Shown here one piece after another: positions 38,277 to 48,715 of a stretch of DNA of 64,000 bases. The stretch comes from Flavobacteriales bacterium (GTDB taxonomy: Bacteria > Bacteroidota > Bacteroidia > Flavobacteriales_F > PHOS-HE28), in assembly GCA_020635695.1 (NCBI GenBank), contig JACJZH010000007.1:417-64416 (forward strand). Direction: 5' to 3'. The translations under genes and the position numbers were made by a program. The notes under the pieces are model-generated. The model was not told where the DNA came from. It saw only the letters and a program-made list of their open reading frames with translations, and did no database searches. How positions within the stretch are numbered: position 1 is the first letter of the stretch; each line of letters starts with the position of its first letter.

Positions 38277-39607
38277 AGCGGCTCACCATACTCGGGGCGA
38301 AGGAGAGCGGCATGGGTGCGGCCCTGCTCGCGAAGCGCCGTGGGCTGGAGGTGTTCGTCAGTGATGCCGGCCCGATCGGTGAGGCACAACGGACGCTGCT
38401 GAAGCAGGAGGACATCGCCTTCGAGGAGGGCGGGCACACCCTGGAGCGTGTGCTGGACACCGACGAACTGCTGAAGAGCCCAGGCATTCCCCAGGAAGCG
38501 GCCGTGGTGCGTGCAGCCCGCGAACGGGGGGTCCCGGTGATCGGGGAGATCGAGTTCGCTTCACGCTATACCAACGCACCGGTCATCGGCATCACCGGCA
38601 GCAATGGGAAGACCACCACCACGCTGCTCACCCATCACATCCTGACCAGGGCCGGTCTCGATGCGGGCCTGGGCGGCAACGTGGGGCGCAGCTGGGCGGG
38701 CCTGCTGGCCGATCGCGACCACGCCTGGTGGGTGCTCGAGCTGAGCAGCTTCCAGCTGGACGACGTGAAGGACTTCAAGCCGCACATCGCCGTGCTGCTC
38801 AACATCACCCCTGACCATCTGGACCGCTACGGCGGAAGCATGGAGCGCTACGCCGACAGCAAGTTCCGGATCGGCCTCACACAGGGTCCGGAGGACCACT
38901 TCATCCACTGCGCGGACGATGCAGTGATCGGAAAGGGGCTGGAACGCCACGCCCTGAAGGCCCGCCGCTGGCCCTTCTCCATTGAGCGCGAACTGGAGCA
39001 GGGCGCCTACCTCAAGAACGACGAGATCCACATACACACCGACCAAAACACGTTCCACATGTCCATCCTCGAACTCGCCCTGCAAGGCAGGCACAACGTG
39101 TACAACTCCATGGCCGCGGGGATCGCCGCGCGGGTGCTCGAGATCCGCAAGGAGGTCGTGCGCGAGAGCCTCAGCGATTTCCAGAACGTCGAACACCGCC
39201 TGGAGCACGTGGCCCTCGTGAACGGCATCGAGTTCATCAACGATTCCAAGGCCACCAACGTGAACTCCACCTGGTACGCCCTGGAGAGCATGGACAAGCC
39301 GGTGATCTGGATCGTCGGCGGGGTGGACAAGGGGAACGACTACGATGCGCTGATGGAGCTGGTGCGCGGTCGCGTGAAGGCGATCATCTGCCTGGGCACC
39401 GACAACGCCAAGCTGCACGAGGCCTTCGGCGGCCTTGGCAAGCCGATGACCGACGCGGCTTCCGCGCAGCAGGCCGTGCAGGCCGCCTACGACCTGGGTG
39501 AGCCGGGTGACGTGGTGCTGCTCTCTCCGGCCTGCGCCTCCTTCGACCTGTTCGAGAACTACGAGGACCGTGGCCGCCGCTTCAAGGCGGCGGTGCGCGG
39601 GCTCTGA
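38273..39607 (+). CDS. murD: UDP-N-acetylmuramoylalanine--D-glutamate ligase
   Basis: Internal ATG at 38273 (ATGA overlap with mraY). [12 protein letters not shown]-loop, NDSKATN, and a [14 protein letters not shown]-terminus. Confidence 0.95.
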   Translation: MKRLTILGAKESGMGAALLAKRRGLEVFVSDAGPIGEAQRTLLKQEDIAFEEGGHTLERVLDTDELLKSPGIPQEAAVVRAARERGVPVIGEIEFASRYTNAPVIGITGSNGKTTTTLLTHHILTRAGLDAGLGGNVGRSWAGLLADRDHAWWVLELSSFQLDDVKDFKPHIAVLLNITPDHLDRYGGSMERYADSKFRIGLTQGPEDHFIHCADDAVIGKGLERHALKARRWPFSIERELEQGAYLKNDEIHIHTDQNTFHMSILELALQGRHNVYNSMAAGIAARVLEIRKEVVRESLSDFQNVEHRLEHVALVNGIEFINDSKATNVNSTWYALESMDKPVIWIVGGVDKGNDYDALMELVRGRVKAIICLGTDNAKLHEAFGGLGKPMTDAASAQQAVQAAYDLGEPGDVVLLSPACASFDLFENYEDRGRRFKAAVRGL

Positions 39608-39613
39608 ACCCGA

Positions 39614-40126
39614 ATGACCATGGACCAAGGAAAGCAGAAGTCACTGACCGGCGCCCTGGACGCGCTGGTGCAGGCACGTCGCTCGGCGCTGGAGCAGGTG
39701 CGTTCCATGCCGCACCAGATGGAGCCGGTGCGTGATGTGGACGGGGTGGCCTTCGTGAACGATTCCCGGGCCACGTTCCTGGATGCCACGCTCGAGAGCC
39801 TGCGTGGAGTGGATGCCCGGGTGGTGTGGATCGCCGGCGCGCTTCCCGCGGACGTGTCACGCGGCCCCGTCAAGGAATTCCTCCGGGAGAAGCTCTCCGC
39901 GCTGGTGCTGTTCGGTGCCGAGCTGGAGCAGGGCATCGAGAGCCTGGAGCCCTTGGTGGAGCGGGTCTATGTGGCCGAGGAACTGCGAACGGCGGTCTTC
40001 CTGGCCCGCGAGCTGGCCATGGATGGGGAGGTCGTGCTCTTCAGCCCGGCATGCCCCAGCGGCCCTGAACACGCGAACTACGAGGAACGCGGCAGCGCCT
40101 TCCGGCAGGCCGTGCGCGATCTCTGA
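39614..40126 (+). CDS. Stand-alone MurD C-terminal-domain (Mur ligase domain 3)-like protein
   Basis: The 170-aa ORF aligns by eye with the last ~150 aa of the adjacent MurD: HQMEPV..VAFVNDSRAT..VVWIAGA..VVLFSPACPS..NYEERGSAFRQAVRDL against [49 protein letters not shown]. It lies 6 nt after murD and 8 nt before ftsW. Confidence 0.7.
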   Translation: MTMDQGKQKSLTGALDALVQARRSALEQVRSMPHQMEPVRDVDGVAFVNDSRATFLDATLESLRGVDARVVWIAGALPADVSRGPVKEFLREKLSALVLFGAELEQGIESLEPLVERVYVAEELRTAVFLARELAMDGEVVLFSPACPSGPEHANYEERGSAFRQAVRDL

Positions 40127-40134
40127 ACCCGGAC

Positions 40135-41316
40135 ATGCAGGCCCTCTTCCACAACCACCTGCGCGGCGACCGGACCATCTGGATGGTGGCCCTGATCCTG
40201 GGCGTCATCAGCCTGCTGGCGGTGTACAGCTCCATCGCTTCGCTGGCGGTGAAGCACGATGGGGGCACGGGGCGCTTCCTGTTCAAGCACCTGCTGATGC
40301 TGGCGAGCGGTGGCCTGATCATGTACTGGGCCAGCCGCCTGAAGCATGGCATCTATTCGCGGCTCTCGCAGCTGTTGCTCGGCCTCACCGCCGGGCTCCT
40401 GCTGCTCACCCTGCTCACCGGGTCCAACATCAACGATGCCTCGCGCTGGCTCCGGATCCCGCTGCTGGGCGTCACGTTCCAGACCAGCGACCTGGCGAAG
40501 GTGGTGCTGGTCGTGTACGTGGCGCGGGCCCTGGCGAAGTACCGGGAGGAACTGGGCGACATCCGCGTGGTGGTGCGCCATGTGCTGCTGCCCGTGCTGG
40601 TGATCTGCGGCCTGATCCTGCCGGCCAACTTCAGCACCGCCGCCGTGCTCTTCGCGGTCTGCTTCCTGCTGATGTTCGTCGGCGGTGTTCCGGTGAAGCA
40701 CCTGTTCACCTTCGTGGCACTGGCCGTTGCCGGGTTCGCCCTGCTGCTCGTGCTGTCGAAGTCCTTCCCCGGTCTGCTTCCCCGCATCGACACCTGGGTG
40801 ACCCGCATCGAGAGCTTCGGGGTGGACGATCACGAGGCGAACTACCAGGTGGAGCATGCCAAGATCGCCATCGCCTCCGGTGGCGTGCTGCCCAACGGTC
40901 CGGGCACGGGTGCCTCGCGCAACTTCCTGCCGCACCCTTACTCGGACATGATCTACGCCTTCATCGTGGAGGAGTACGGTTCGCTGTTCGGTGGCGTGGG
41001 CCTGGTGCTGCTGTACCTGATCCTGCTCTTCCGGGCGGTGCGCATCGCCTACCGTTGCGAGAAACCCTTCGGGGCGCTGGTGGCGATGGGGCTGGCCACG
41101 CTGCTGGTGTTGCAGGCCCTGATCAACATGGCCGTGGCGGTGAACCTGGTCCCGGTGACGGGTCAGCCGCTGCCGCTCGTGAGCATGGGGGGCACCTCCA
41201 TCTGGTTCACCTGCCTGGCCATCGGCATCGTGCTCAGTGTGAGCCGCGCGGTGTACGACAACGAGAACGAAGCATCGGAGCAACGTGGAGCGCGGAGAAC
41301 AACGGTCATCGCTTAG
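40135..41316 (+). CDS. ftsW: FtsW/SEDS family peptidoglycan glycosyltransferase
   Basis: Multi-TM SEDS pattern with ..FQTSDLAKV.., ..SDMIYAFIVEEYG.. and ..PVTGQPLPLVSMGGTS. Confidence 0.9.
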   Translation: MQALFHNHLRGDRTIWMVALILGVISLLAVYSSIASLAVKHDGGTGRFLFKHLLMLASGGLIMYWASRLKHGIYSRLSQLLLGLTAGLLLLTLLTGSNINDASRWLRIPLLGVTFQTSDLAKVVLVVYVARALAKYREELGDIRVVVRHVLLPVLVICGLILPANFSTAAVLFAVCFLLMFVGGVPVKHLFTFVALAVAGFALLLVLSKSFPGLLPRIDTWVTRIESFGVDDHEANYQVEHAKIAIASGGVLPNGPGTGASRNFLPHPYSDMIYAFIVEEYGSLFGGVGLVLLYLILLFRAVRIAYRCEKPFGALVAMGLATLLVLQALINMAVAVNLVPVTGQPLPLVSMGGTSIWFTCLAIGIVLSVSRAVYDNENEASEQRGARRTTVIA

Positions 41317-41320
41317 GGTC

Positions 41321-42406
41321 ATGATCAGCGGAGGAGGCACCGGCGGACACATCTTCCCGGCCATCGCCATCGCGAATGCCGTGAAGGAACTGCGTCCCGA
41401 CGCGGAGTTCCTGTTCGTGGGTGCCGAAGGGAAGATGGAGATGACCAAGGTCCCCGAGGCGGGCTACCCCATCGAGGCGCTCCCGATCCGTGGCTTCCAA
41501 CGGCACGCCCCCTGGCGCAACATCGGACTTCCATGGCGGGTGCTGAAGAGCCTTTGGAAGGCACGCCGATTGGTCCGCCGCTTCCGGCCGCATGTGGCGG
41601 TGGGCGTGGGCGGGTACGCCTCCGGTCCGACCCTGGCCGCCGCCCAACGCGCCGGAGTGCCCACGCTGGTGCAGGAGCAGAACAGCTTCCCCGGGGCCAC
41701 CAATCGCATGCTCGCCAAGCGCGCCGATCGCATCTGCGTGGCCTATGAGGGGATGGACCGTTGGTTCCCCAGGGAGAAGGTCCTGCTCACCGGCAACCCG
41801 GTCCGGCAGGAAGTGGTGCGGCTCGCCGGGAAGGGCCCGCGGGGACTGGAGCATTTCGGCCTGCGTGAGGATGCTCCCGTCGTGCTGGTCACTGGTGGAA
41901 GCCTCGGTGCACGCGGCATCAACCGGGGCATCAAGGCCGCCCTGCCGGCACTGAAGGCCGCAGGCGCACAGGTGATCTGGCAGACCGGCACCGTGTTCCA
42001 GCAGGAAGCCGCGAAGGCGGTGCAGGAACTGGGCTTCAGCGATTGCCACGTCCATCCGTTCCTCGCGCGCATGGACCTGGCCTATGCCGTGGCGGACCTG
42101 GTGGTGGCACGCGCCGGGGCCATCAGCGTGAGCGAGCTCTGCCTGGTGCAGCGGCCGGCGATCCTGGTGCCGTTGCCCACCGCTGCGGAGGACCACCAGA
42201 CGCGCAATGCACGCGCCCTGAGCGACCGCGGAGCCGCCATGCTCGTGCAGGACGCGAACACGGAACAGGAACTCGGCCCCGCCATCCTGGGGCTGCTCGG
42301 AGATGAACAGGAACGTGATCGGATGAGCGCGGCCATGGCCGCCATGGGCGTACAGAACGCCGCCGAGGCCATCGCTTCCGAAGTGGTCAGACTGGCACGC
42401 GCATGA
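41321..42406 (+). CDS. murG: UDP-GlcNAc--lipid I N-acetylglucosamine transferase
   Basis: ISGGGTGGHIFPAIAIA N-terminus from the ATG at 41321, ..GGSLGA.., and ..RAGAISVSEL... Confidence 0.9.
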   Translation: MISGGGTGGHIFPAIAIANAVKELRPDAEFLFVGAEGKMEMTKVPEAGYPIEALPIRGFQRHAPWRNIGLPWRVLKSLWKARRLVRRFRPHVAVGVGGYASGPTLAAAQRAGVPTLVQEQNSFPGATNRMLAKRADRICVAYEGMDRWFPREKVLLTGNPVRQEVVRLAGKGPRGLEHFGLREDAPVVLVTGGSLGARGINRGIKAALPALKAAGAQVIWQTGTVFQQEAAKAVQELGFSDCHVHPFLARMDLAYAVADLVVARAGAISVSELCLVQRPAILVPLPTAAEDHQTRNARALSDRGAAMLVQDANTEQELGPAILGLLGDEQERDRMSAAMAAMGVQNAAEAIASEVVRLARA

Positions 42407-43775
42407 GCACGGTCCCACATAGGCTCTTCTTCCTCGGTGTCGGCGGCATCGGCATGAGCGCGCTTGCCCGCTACTTCCTGCACCGGGGGCATGTGGTGGC
42501 CGGCTACGACCGCACGCCTTCGCCGCTCACGCACACCCTGGAACAGGAGGGCATCCACGTCCAGTACGTGGAGGACCCGGAGGCCATGCCCGCTGATTTC
42601 CGCGAGGCGGGAGAGCACGACGTGCTGCTGGTCCGCACGCCGGCGGTGCCCCTGGACAGTCCCTTGTTGCACCATTGGATGCAACGGGGCGCGCGCACGA
42701 TCAAGCGCTCGGAACTGCTGGGCACCATCACCCAGGAACGACGCACCCTGGCGGTGGCAGGCACCCATGGGAAGACCACCGTGAGCTGCATGCTGGCGCA
42801 TCTGCTACGGGTGGGTGGTGTGCCCTGCAATGCCTTCCTCGGTGGCATCGCCGCCAACTACGGTACCAACCTGCTCCTGGATGAGGATGCGATCGTGAAC
42901 GTGGTGGAGGCGGACGAGTACGACCGCAGCTTCCTGCACCTCCACCCGTCGGAGGCCATCATCACCTCGGTGGATCCCGACCACCTGGACATCTACCACA
43001 CGCCCGAGGCGATGACCGATGCCTACGACACGTTCGCCGACCTGTGCAGCGGACAGGTCCTGGTGCATGAGTCGGCCGCTTCGCATTTCCAGGGCCGGGA
43101 GCAGGTCTCCGTTTACGGTACCACCTCCGGGCTCCCGATCCGTTCGAGAACATCCGGATCGTGGACGGCACGTACCGCTTCGATCTCGTGCTTGACCAGG
43201 ACAGGCTGGACGACCTGGAGTTGGGCATGCCCGGCAGGCACAACGTGTGGAACGCTTCAGCCGCGTCGGCCATGGCCCTGAACGTGGGCGTGTCGCAGGA
43301 GAAGCTGCGGGAAGGTCTGCGTTCGTTCGCAGGCGTGTACCGGCGTTTCCAGGTGCATGTGAAGGGACCGAAGGCGGTCTACGTCGACGATTACGCACAT
43401 CATCCGGTGGAGCTCGCGGCCGCCATCGGGTCGGCCCGTGAACTCCATCCGGGCAGACGGATCACCGGGGTGTTCCAACCGCACCTGTTCAGTCGCACGC
43501 GCGATCTGGCGGAAGGATTCGCAAAGACCCTTGCCGGGTTGGACCGCCTCGTTCTGCTGCCCATCTATCCTGCACGCGAGGAGCCCCTGCCGGGCATCGA
43601 TGCCCAATGGCTCCTGGACCAGGTGCCGCTGAAGGACAAGCTGTTGATCACCCGCGATGAGGTGCCGGCCTGGGTGGACGCACAGGCCCCGGACGTGCTG
43701 CTCACCCTCGGTGCCGGTGATATCGACCGGTTGGTGCCCGACCTCACCCGCATCATGCAACGCCACGCCTCATGA
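42403..43775 (+). CDS. murC: UDP-N-acetylmuramate--L-alanine ligase (frameshift near 43120-43145)
   Basis: FFLGVGGIGMSALA, GTHGKTTVS and EADEYDRSF (42403..43281) continue as FENIRIVDGTYRFD..GRHNVWNA..DDYAHHP (43161..43775). Confidence 0.9.
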
Positions 43776-44575
43776 CCAAGCCGAAGAAGATCCTCCGCAT
43801 CCTTGGGCGCACTGCGGTGGCCGTGGCCGTGGTGGCCACCCTGGCCTTCGTGGAACGCAGCGCGCGCACCACGCCGGTCACCGACGTGGATGTCACCGTG
43901 AGCGGAGCGGACGGGGTCCATTTCCTGGATGCACCGGCCGTGCGTCGGATGGTGCTGGACCAGGGCACGGACGTGATCGGTACGCCGGTCGGTGAGGTGG
44001 ACCTGTCCGGGTTGGAGGACCGGCTGAACGCCATTCCGGCGGTGGCCCGGGCGAACGTGTACCATGGCATGGACGGCGTGCTGCAGGTGCAGGTCGAACA
44101 GCGTGAACCCATCGTGCGTGTGTTGACCGGCAGTGGTCCCGGGTGCTACCTCGACCGGGATGGCTGGACCTTCCCGACCAGCGAAGTGCACACCGCGCGG
44201 GTGCTGGTGGCCACTGGTCCGGGCGTGCCCGGCACGCTCGCACGGGGAGTGCGGCACGTTCCCACGGACACGCTGCTCTCCAGGGACCAGGTGGCCATGG
44301 GCCTCCATGCGCTTGCGCGCACGATCCACGAGGACCCGTTGCTGGACGCCCTGTTCGACCAGGTGATCGTGACCGCCGCCGGACAATTCGAGCTGCTGCC
44401 CCGCGTCGGTGGCCAGGTCGTGCTGATCGGTGACGGCAGTGCGCTCAAGCAGCGCTTCAACAAGCTCAAGCAATTCTATGAACACGGCATGGCGGGGGGT
44501 GATTGGCGCCGATACGAGCGCATCGACCTCCGCTTCACCGACCAGATCGTCTGCACCCAACGCTCAACGCCATAA
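43772..44575 (+). CDS. ftsQ: Cell division protein FtsQ
   Basis: Single TM plus a POTRA-like domain. Position between murC and ftsA, with an ATGA overlap with murC. Confidence 0.8.
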   Translation: MTKPKKILRILGRTAVAVAVVATLAFVERSARTTPVTDVDVTVSGADGVHFLDAPAVRRMVLDQGTDVIGTPVGEVDLSGLEDRLNAIPAVARANVYHGMDGVLQVQVEQREPIVRVLTGSGPGCYLDRDGWTFPTSEVHTARVLVATGPGVPGTLARGVRHVPTDTLLSRDQVAMGLHALARTIHEDPLLDALFDQVIVTAAGQFELLPRVGGQVVLIGDGSALKQRFNKLKQFYEHGMAGGDWRRYERIDLRFTDQIVCTQRSTP

Positions 44576-44586
44576 AGCCACCCACC

Positions 44587-45879
44587 ATGGAGAACCAAGA
44601 GATCGTAGCCGGGCTCGACATCGGCACCACCAAGATCGCCTGCATCGTCGGGCGGCGGAATGAACAGGGCAAGATCGAAGTGCTCGGCATGGGCAAGCAC
44701 CGCAGCGATGGCGTGAGCCGCGGTGTCGTGAGCAACATCCAGAAGACCGTCGAGTCCATCGAGCATGCCGTGCGCCAGGCGGAGGACACGGCCGGGGTGG
44801 ACATCGCCACGGTGAACGTCGGCATCGCGGGCCAGCACATCCGCAGCATGCAGCACCGCGGCATGAAGATGCGTGAGAGCCTGGAGGAGGAGATCCGGCA
44901 GGAGGACATCGACCAGTTGGTGGAGGAGACCTACCGGCTGGTGATGCCGCCGGGCGAGGAGATCATCCATGTGCTGCCGCAGGAGTACATCGTTGACAAC
45001 GAGCAGGGCATCCGCGATCCCATCGGCATGTCGGGCATCCGGTTGGAGGCCAACTTCCACATCATCAGCGGCCAGGTGACGGCGGCGCGCAACATCTACA
45101 AGTGCGTGCACAAGGCCGGTCTGGACGTCACCGAACTCATCCTGGAGCCGCTCGCCTCGGCCGAGGCCGTGCTGAGCCAGGAGGAGAAGGAGGCGGGCGT
45201 GGTGCTGGTGGACATCGGCGGTGGCACCACCGACATCGCGATCTTCTACGACAACATCATCCGGCATACCGCGGTCATCCCCTTCGGCGGCAACGTGGTC
45301 ACCGAGGACATCCGCCAGGGTTGCCAGATCATGCGCGACCAGGCCGAGCTGCTCAAGGTGAAGTTCGGCAGCGCATTGGCCGAGGAGAACAAGGAGAACG
45401 AGGTGGTGTGCATCCCCGGCCTGCGCGGCCGCGATCCGAAGGAGATCAGCCTGCGCACGCTGGCCATGATCATCCAGAGCCGCATGGAGGAGATCATGGA
45501 GCACGTGCATTTCGAGATCAAGAACTCGGGCATGGAGAAGCAGCTGATCGGCGGGATCGTGCTCACCGGCGGTGGCTCACAGCTCAAGCACCTGAGCCAC
45601 CTGGTGGAATACCTGACCGGCATGAACGCCCGCATCGGTTACCCCAACGAGCACCTGGCCAAGAGCAACGTGGAGCAGGTCACCAGTCCGCTGTTCGCCA
45701 CGGGCGTGGGCCTGGTGATGAAGGGCTTCGACCACCTGGACCGCAAGCGGCCGAAGGTCTCCGTACGGAACACCGAACCCGCGGTGAACCAGGGGCCCGG
45801 CGGCATCCGCAACATCGGCAAGCTGTGGGGCGACCTGATGAAGAACGCCTCCAACCTGCTCAACGAGGACGACCATTGA
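44587..45879 (+). CDS. ftsA: Cell division protein FtsA
   Basis: Actin-fold motifs IVAGLDIGTTKI, VDIGGGTTDIAI and VLTGGGSQL, from the internal ATG at 44587. Confidence 0.95.
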   Translation: MENQEIVAGLDIGTTKIACIVGRRNEQGKIEVLGMGKHRSDGVSRGVVSNIQKTVESIEHAVRQAEDTAGVDIATVNVGIAGQHIRSMQHRGMKMRESLEEEIRQEDIDQLVEETYRLVMPPGEEIIHVLPQEYIVDNEQGIRDPIGMSGIRLEANFHIISGQVTAARNIYKCVHKAGLDVTELILEPLASAEAVLSQEEKEAGVVLVDIGGGTTDIAIFYDNIIRHTAVIPFGGNVVTEDIRQGCQIMRDQAELLKVKFGSALAEENKENEVVCIPGLRGRDPKEISLRTLAMIIQSRMEEIMEHVHFEIKNSGMEKQLIGGIVLTGGGSQLKHLSHLVEYLTGMNARIGYPNEHLAKSNVEQVTSPLFATGVGLVMKGFDHLDRKRPKVSVRNTEPAVNQGPGGIRNIGKLWGDLMKNASNLLNEDDH

Positions 45880-45911
45880 ACGACCACCACCACCCACCAA
45901 AACCCAACGTC

Positions 45912-47494
45912 ATGAAATTCGACCTTCCCAAGGAACTTGCCTCCATCATCAAGGTGATCGGTGTCGGTGGCGGCGGAAGCAACGCCGTGAACCACATGTT
46001 CAAGCAGGGCATCAAGGGCGTGGACTTCCTGATCTGCAACACCGACCGTCAGGCGCTGGACATCAGTCCGGTCCCCGTGAAACTGCAGCTCGGTGAGGCC
46101 CTCACCGAAGGCCTGGGTGCGGGCTCGCAGCCCGAGCGTGGCCGCGGCGCCGCCCAGGAGAACCTGGACGAGATCCGTCAGTTGCTGGGCGACCGCACCA
46201 AGATGGTCTTCATCACCGCCGGCATGGGCGGCGGTACCGGGACCGGTGCGGCTCCCGTCATCGCCTCGGTGGCGCGCGAGCTCGGCATCCTCACCGTCGG
46301 CATCGTCACCATGCCCTTCCAGTGGGAGGGCCGCAAGCGCAAGCAGCAGGCCACCACCGGGATCGACGAGATGCGTGATGCGGTGGACACCCTGCTCGTG
46401 ATCAACAACGACCGCCTGCGCGACCTGTACGGCAACCTCACGCTCGACAACGCCTTCGAGCATGCCGACAACGTGCTCACCACCGCCGCCCGTGGCATCG
46501 CCGAGATCATCACCATGACCGGCAAGGTGAACGTGGACTTCGAGGACGTGAAGACCGTGATGACCGGAAGCGGAGTGGCCATCATGGGCATGGCCGAGAG
46601 CGAAGGAGAGGACCGTGCCCTTCGTGCCGCGCAGGAATCGCTGGCCTCTCCGCTGCTCAACGACAACGACATCCGGGGAGCCAAGTACGTGTTGCTGAAC
46701 ATCACGCATGGCACCCAGGAGGTGCTCATGGACGAGATCAACGACATCACCGATCACATCCAGGACGCGGCCGGTTCCAGCGCCGATGTCATCTGGGGCT
46801 ACTGCCGCGACGAGTCGCTCGGCGAGCGGCTGCGCGTCACCGTGATCGCGACCGGCTTCAACGTGAACCCGGACACGGGCGGGATCCTGGCCGAGCCGAA
46901 GCGCGAAGTGCATGAGCTCGGCAGCAGTGAACCCGTGATGATCACCACGCCGATCGCGGACCCCCTTTCCTCGGGAGCACCCTCAGTGACCGAGGAGCCG
47001 GTACCGGCCCCGGAGGAGCCTTACATCAAGGTCGTTCCCGAGGGACAGGGCACCATCCCGTTCGAGCCCAATCCTCCGTACCTGCCCGATGCGGCACCTC
47101 AACAACACGTGGAGGAACCCGAGGCGGAGCAGGACAAGGTGACCCACTTCCTGGATGAGGAGGTCTCCAGCCGGGCCGATGACACCATGCATCCGGGAAC
47201 GGTCCAGGAAGGTCAGAGCTATGATCGCGTGGACCCGGCCCGGCATCAGGCGAACGTGGAGGCGCGGCAGGCCAAGATGCGCGAGGTGCATTTGAAGCTC
47301 CGTACGCCCAATGGGCTCAGCGACCTGGAGCGCGAGCCTGCCTACAAGCGGAAGCAGGTCACGCTCAACGATGGGCCGCACAGCCAGGATACGGGGTGAG
47401 CCGCTACACCTTGAACGAGGAGGTGGACGAGCACGGCGAGCGCAAGGTGGAACTGCGCCGAAACAATCCCTACCTGCACGACAACGTGGACTGA
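45912..47494 (+). CDS. ftsZ: Cell division protein FtsZ (frameshift in the G4 run at 47393-47396 severs the conserved C-terminal peptide)
   Basis: [17 protein letters not shown] and [13 protein letters not shown] tubulin signature, then a long linker. As sequenced the ORF stops at 47399. The next frame reads [32 protein letters not shown] and stops at 47494. Confidence 0.9.
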
Positions 47495-47952
47495 TGGCCG
47501 CGGGACTCACTGAACGGATCGATGCCGACATCCGGGAGGCCATGCGCGCCCGGGACAGGCAACGGTTGGATGCCCTGAGGGCCATCAAGTCCGCCTTGAT
47601 GCTGGAGCTCACGAAGGAGGGTGGCGCCGGCGGGGTGGACGAGGCCACCGGCACGGCCATCCTCCGAAAGCTCCACAAGCAACGGGGTGAATCCGCACAG
47701 ATCTACAGGGACCAAGGGCGGGAGGACCTGGCCCTGGAGGAGGAGGGCCAGGCGGCGGTGATCGCCGACTACCTCCCCGAGGCCTTGACCACCGAAGCGC
47801 TCGGTGCCATCGTGCAGGAGGTGATCTTGGAGCTCGGTGCGGGATCCATGGCCGATATGGGCCGGGTGGTCGGCGCCGTGAAGGAACGTGCGGCGGGGCG
47901 TGCCGACGGGGCCGCCATCGCTGCGGAAGTGAAGCGCAGGTTGTCCGCCTGA
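47494..47952 (+). CDS. GatB/YqeY domain-containing protein
   Basis: RIDADIREAMRARD..LDALRAIKSAL..KQRGESAQIY pattern. The ATG overlaps the restored ftsZ stop (TGATG). Confidence 0.85.
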   Translation: MAAGLTERIDADIREAMRARDRQRLDALRAIKSALMLELTKEGGAGGVDEATGTAILRKLHKQRGESAQIYRDQGREDLALEEEGQAAVIADYLPEALTTEALGAIVQEVILELGAGSMADMGRVVGAVKERAAGRADGAAIAAEVKRRLSA

Positions 47953-47980
47953 GGACCCCTGCGTGCGTTGGGTGGTACAT

Positions 47981-48008
47981 GACGGCGCCGCCGGTGGGTG
48001 GCGCCGTC
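47981..48008. terminator. Perfect 9-bp GC hairpin between convergent genes (no clear U tract)
   Basis: GACGGCGCC, a 10-nt loop, then GGCGCCGTC. Confidence 0.35.
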
Positions 48009-48013
48009 GTGCT

Positions 48014-48715
48014 TCAGTCGGTATCCACCAGCAGCTTGAAACCCACCCCGTGCACGTTGGTGATCTGCACGCGATCGTCGCGCTTCAGGTATTTCCGCAG
48101 CCGGCTGATGAAGACATCGAGGCTGCGGCCCAGAAAGTAGGTGTCATCACCCCACACCATGTTCAGCACCAGTTCGCGGGTCAGCACCTGGTCGCGGTGC
48201 ATGCACAGCAGCCGCAGCACCTCGGCCTCCTTGCGCGTCAGTTTGCGCTCCTCCTCCGGGTGCGAAAGCATCAGGTTCCGGTGGTCGAACGTGTAGTCGC
48301 CCAGTTCGAAGGACTGCCGGTTGCGCTCATCCTCACCCTGCCCACGGGTGCGGCGCAGGATGGCCTCGATGCGCAGCAACAGTTCCTCGTGGCTGAAGGG
48401 CTTGGTCATGTAGTCATCACCCCCGGCCTTGAATCCGGCGATGCGGTCCTCGGTCATGCTCTTTGCGGTGAGGAAGACGATCGGCACCTGGGCGTTCACC
48501 GTGCGGATGTCCTCCGCCAGGCTGAACCCGTCCTTGTTCGGCAACATCACATCCAGGATGCACAGGTCGTAGGGGTGCTCGTTGAAGTACCGGAGCCCTT
48601 CCTTGCCATCGCGGCACAGGTGCACCTTGTATCCCTTCCGTTGCAGGGCGTCCTGGACCACGAAGCCCAGGTTCTCATCATCCTCCACGAGGAGCAGCAG
48701 TCCTTTTTCCTTCAT
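48014..48715 (-). CDS. OmpR/PhoB-type response regulator
   Basis: Receiver domain (LLVEDDENL..DLCILDVMLP..LTAK) plus a winged-helix output (LTRKEAEVLRLL..HGVGFKL). Confidence 0.9.
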   Translation of the reverse strand: MKEKGLLLLVEDDENLGFVVQDALQRKGYKVHLCRDGKEGLRYFNEHPYDLCILDVMLPNKDGFSLAEDIRTVNAQVPIVFLTAKSMTEDRIAGFKAGGDDYMTKPFSHEELLLRIEAILRRTRGQGEDERNRQSFELGDYTFDHRNLMLSHPEEERKLTRKEAEVLRLLCMHRDQVLTRELVLNMVWGDDTYFLGRSLDVFISRLRKYLKRDDRVQITNVHGVGFKLLVDTD

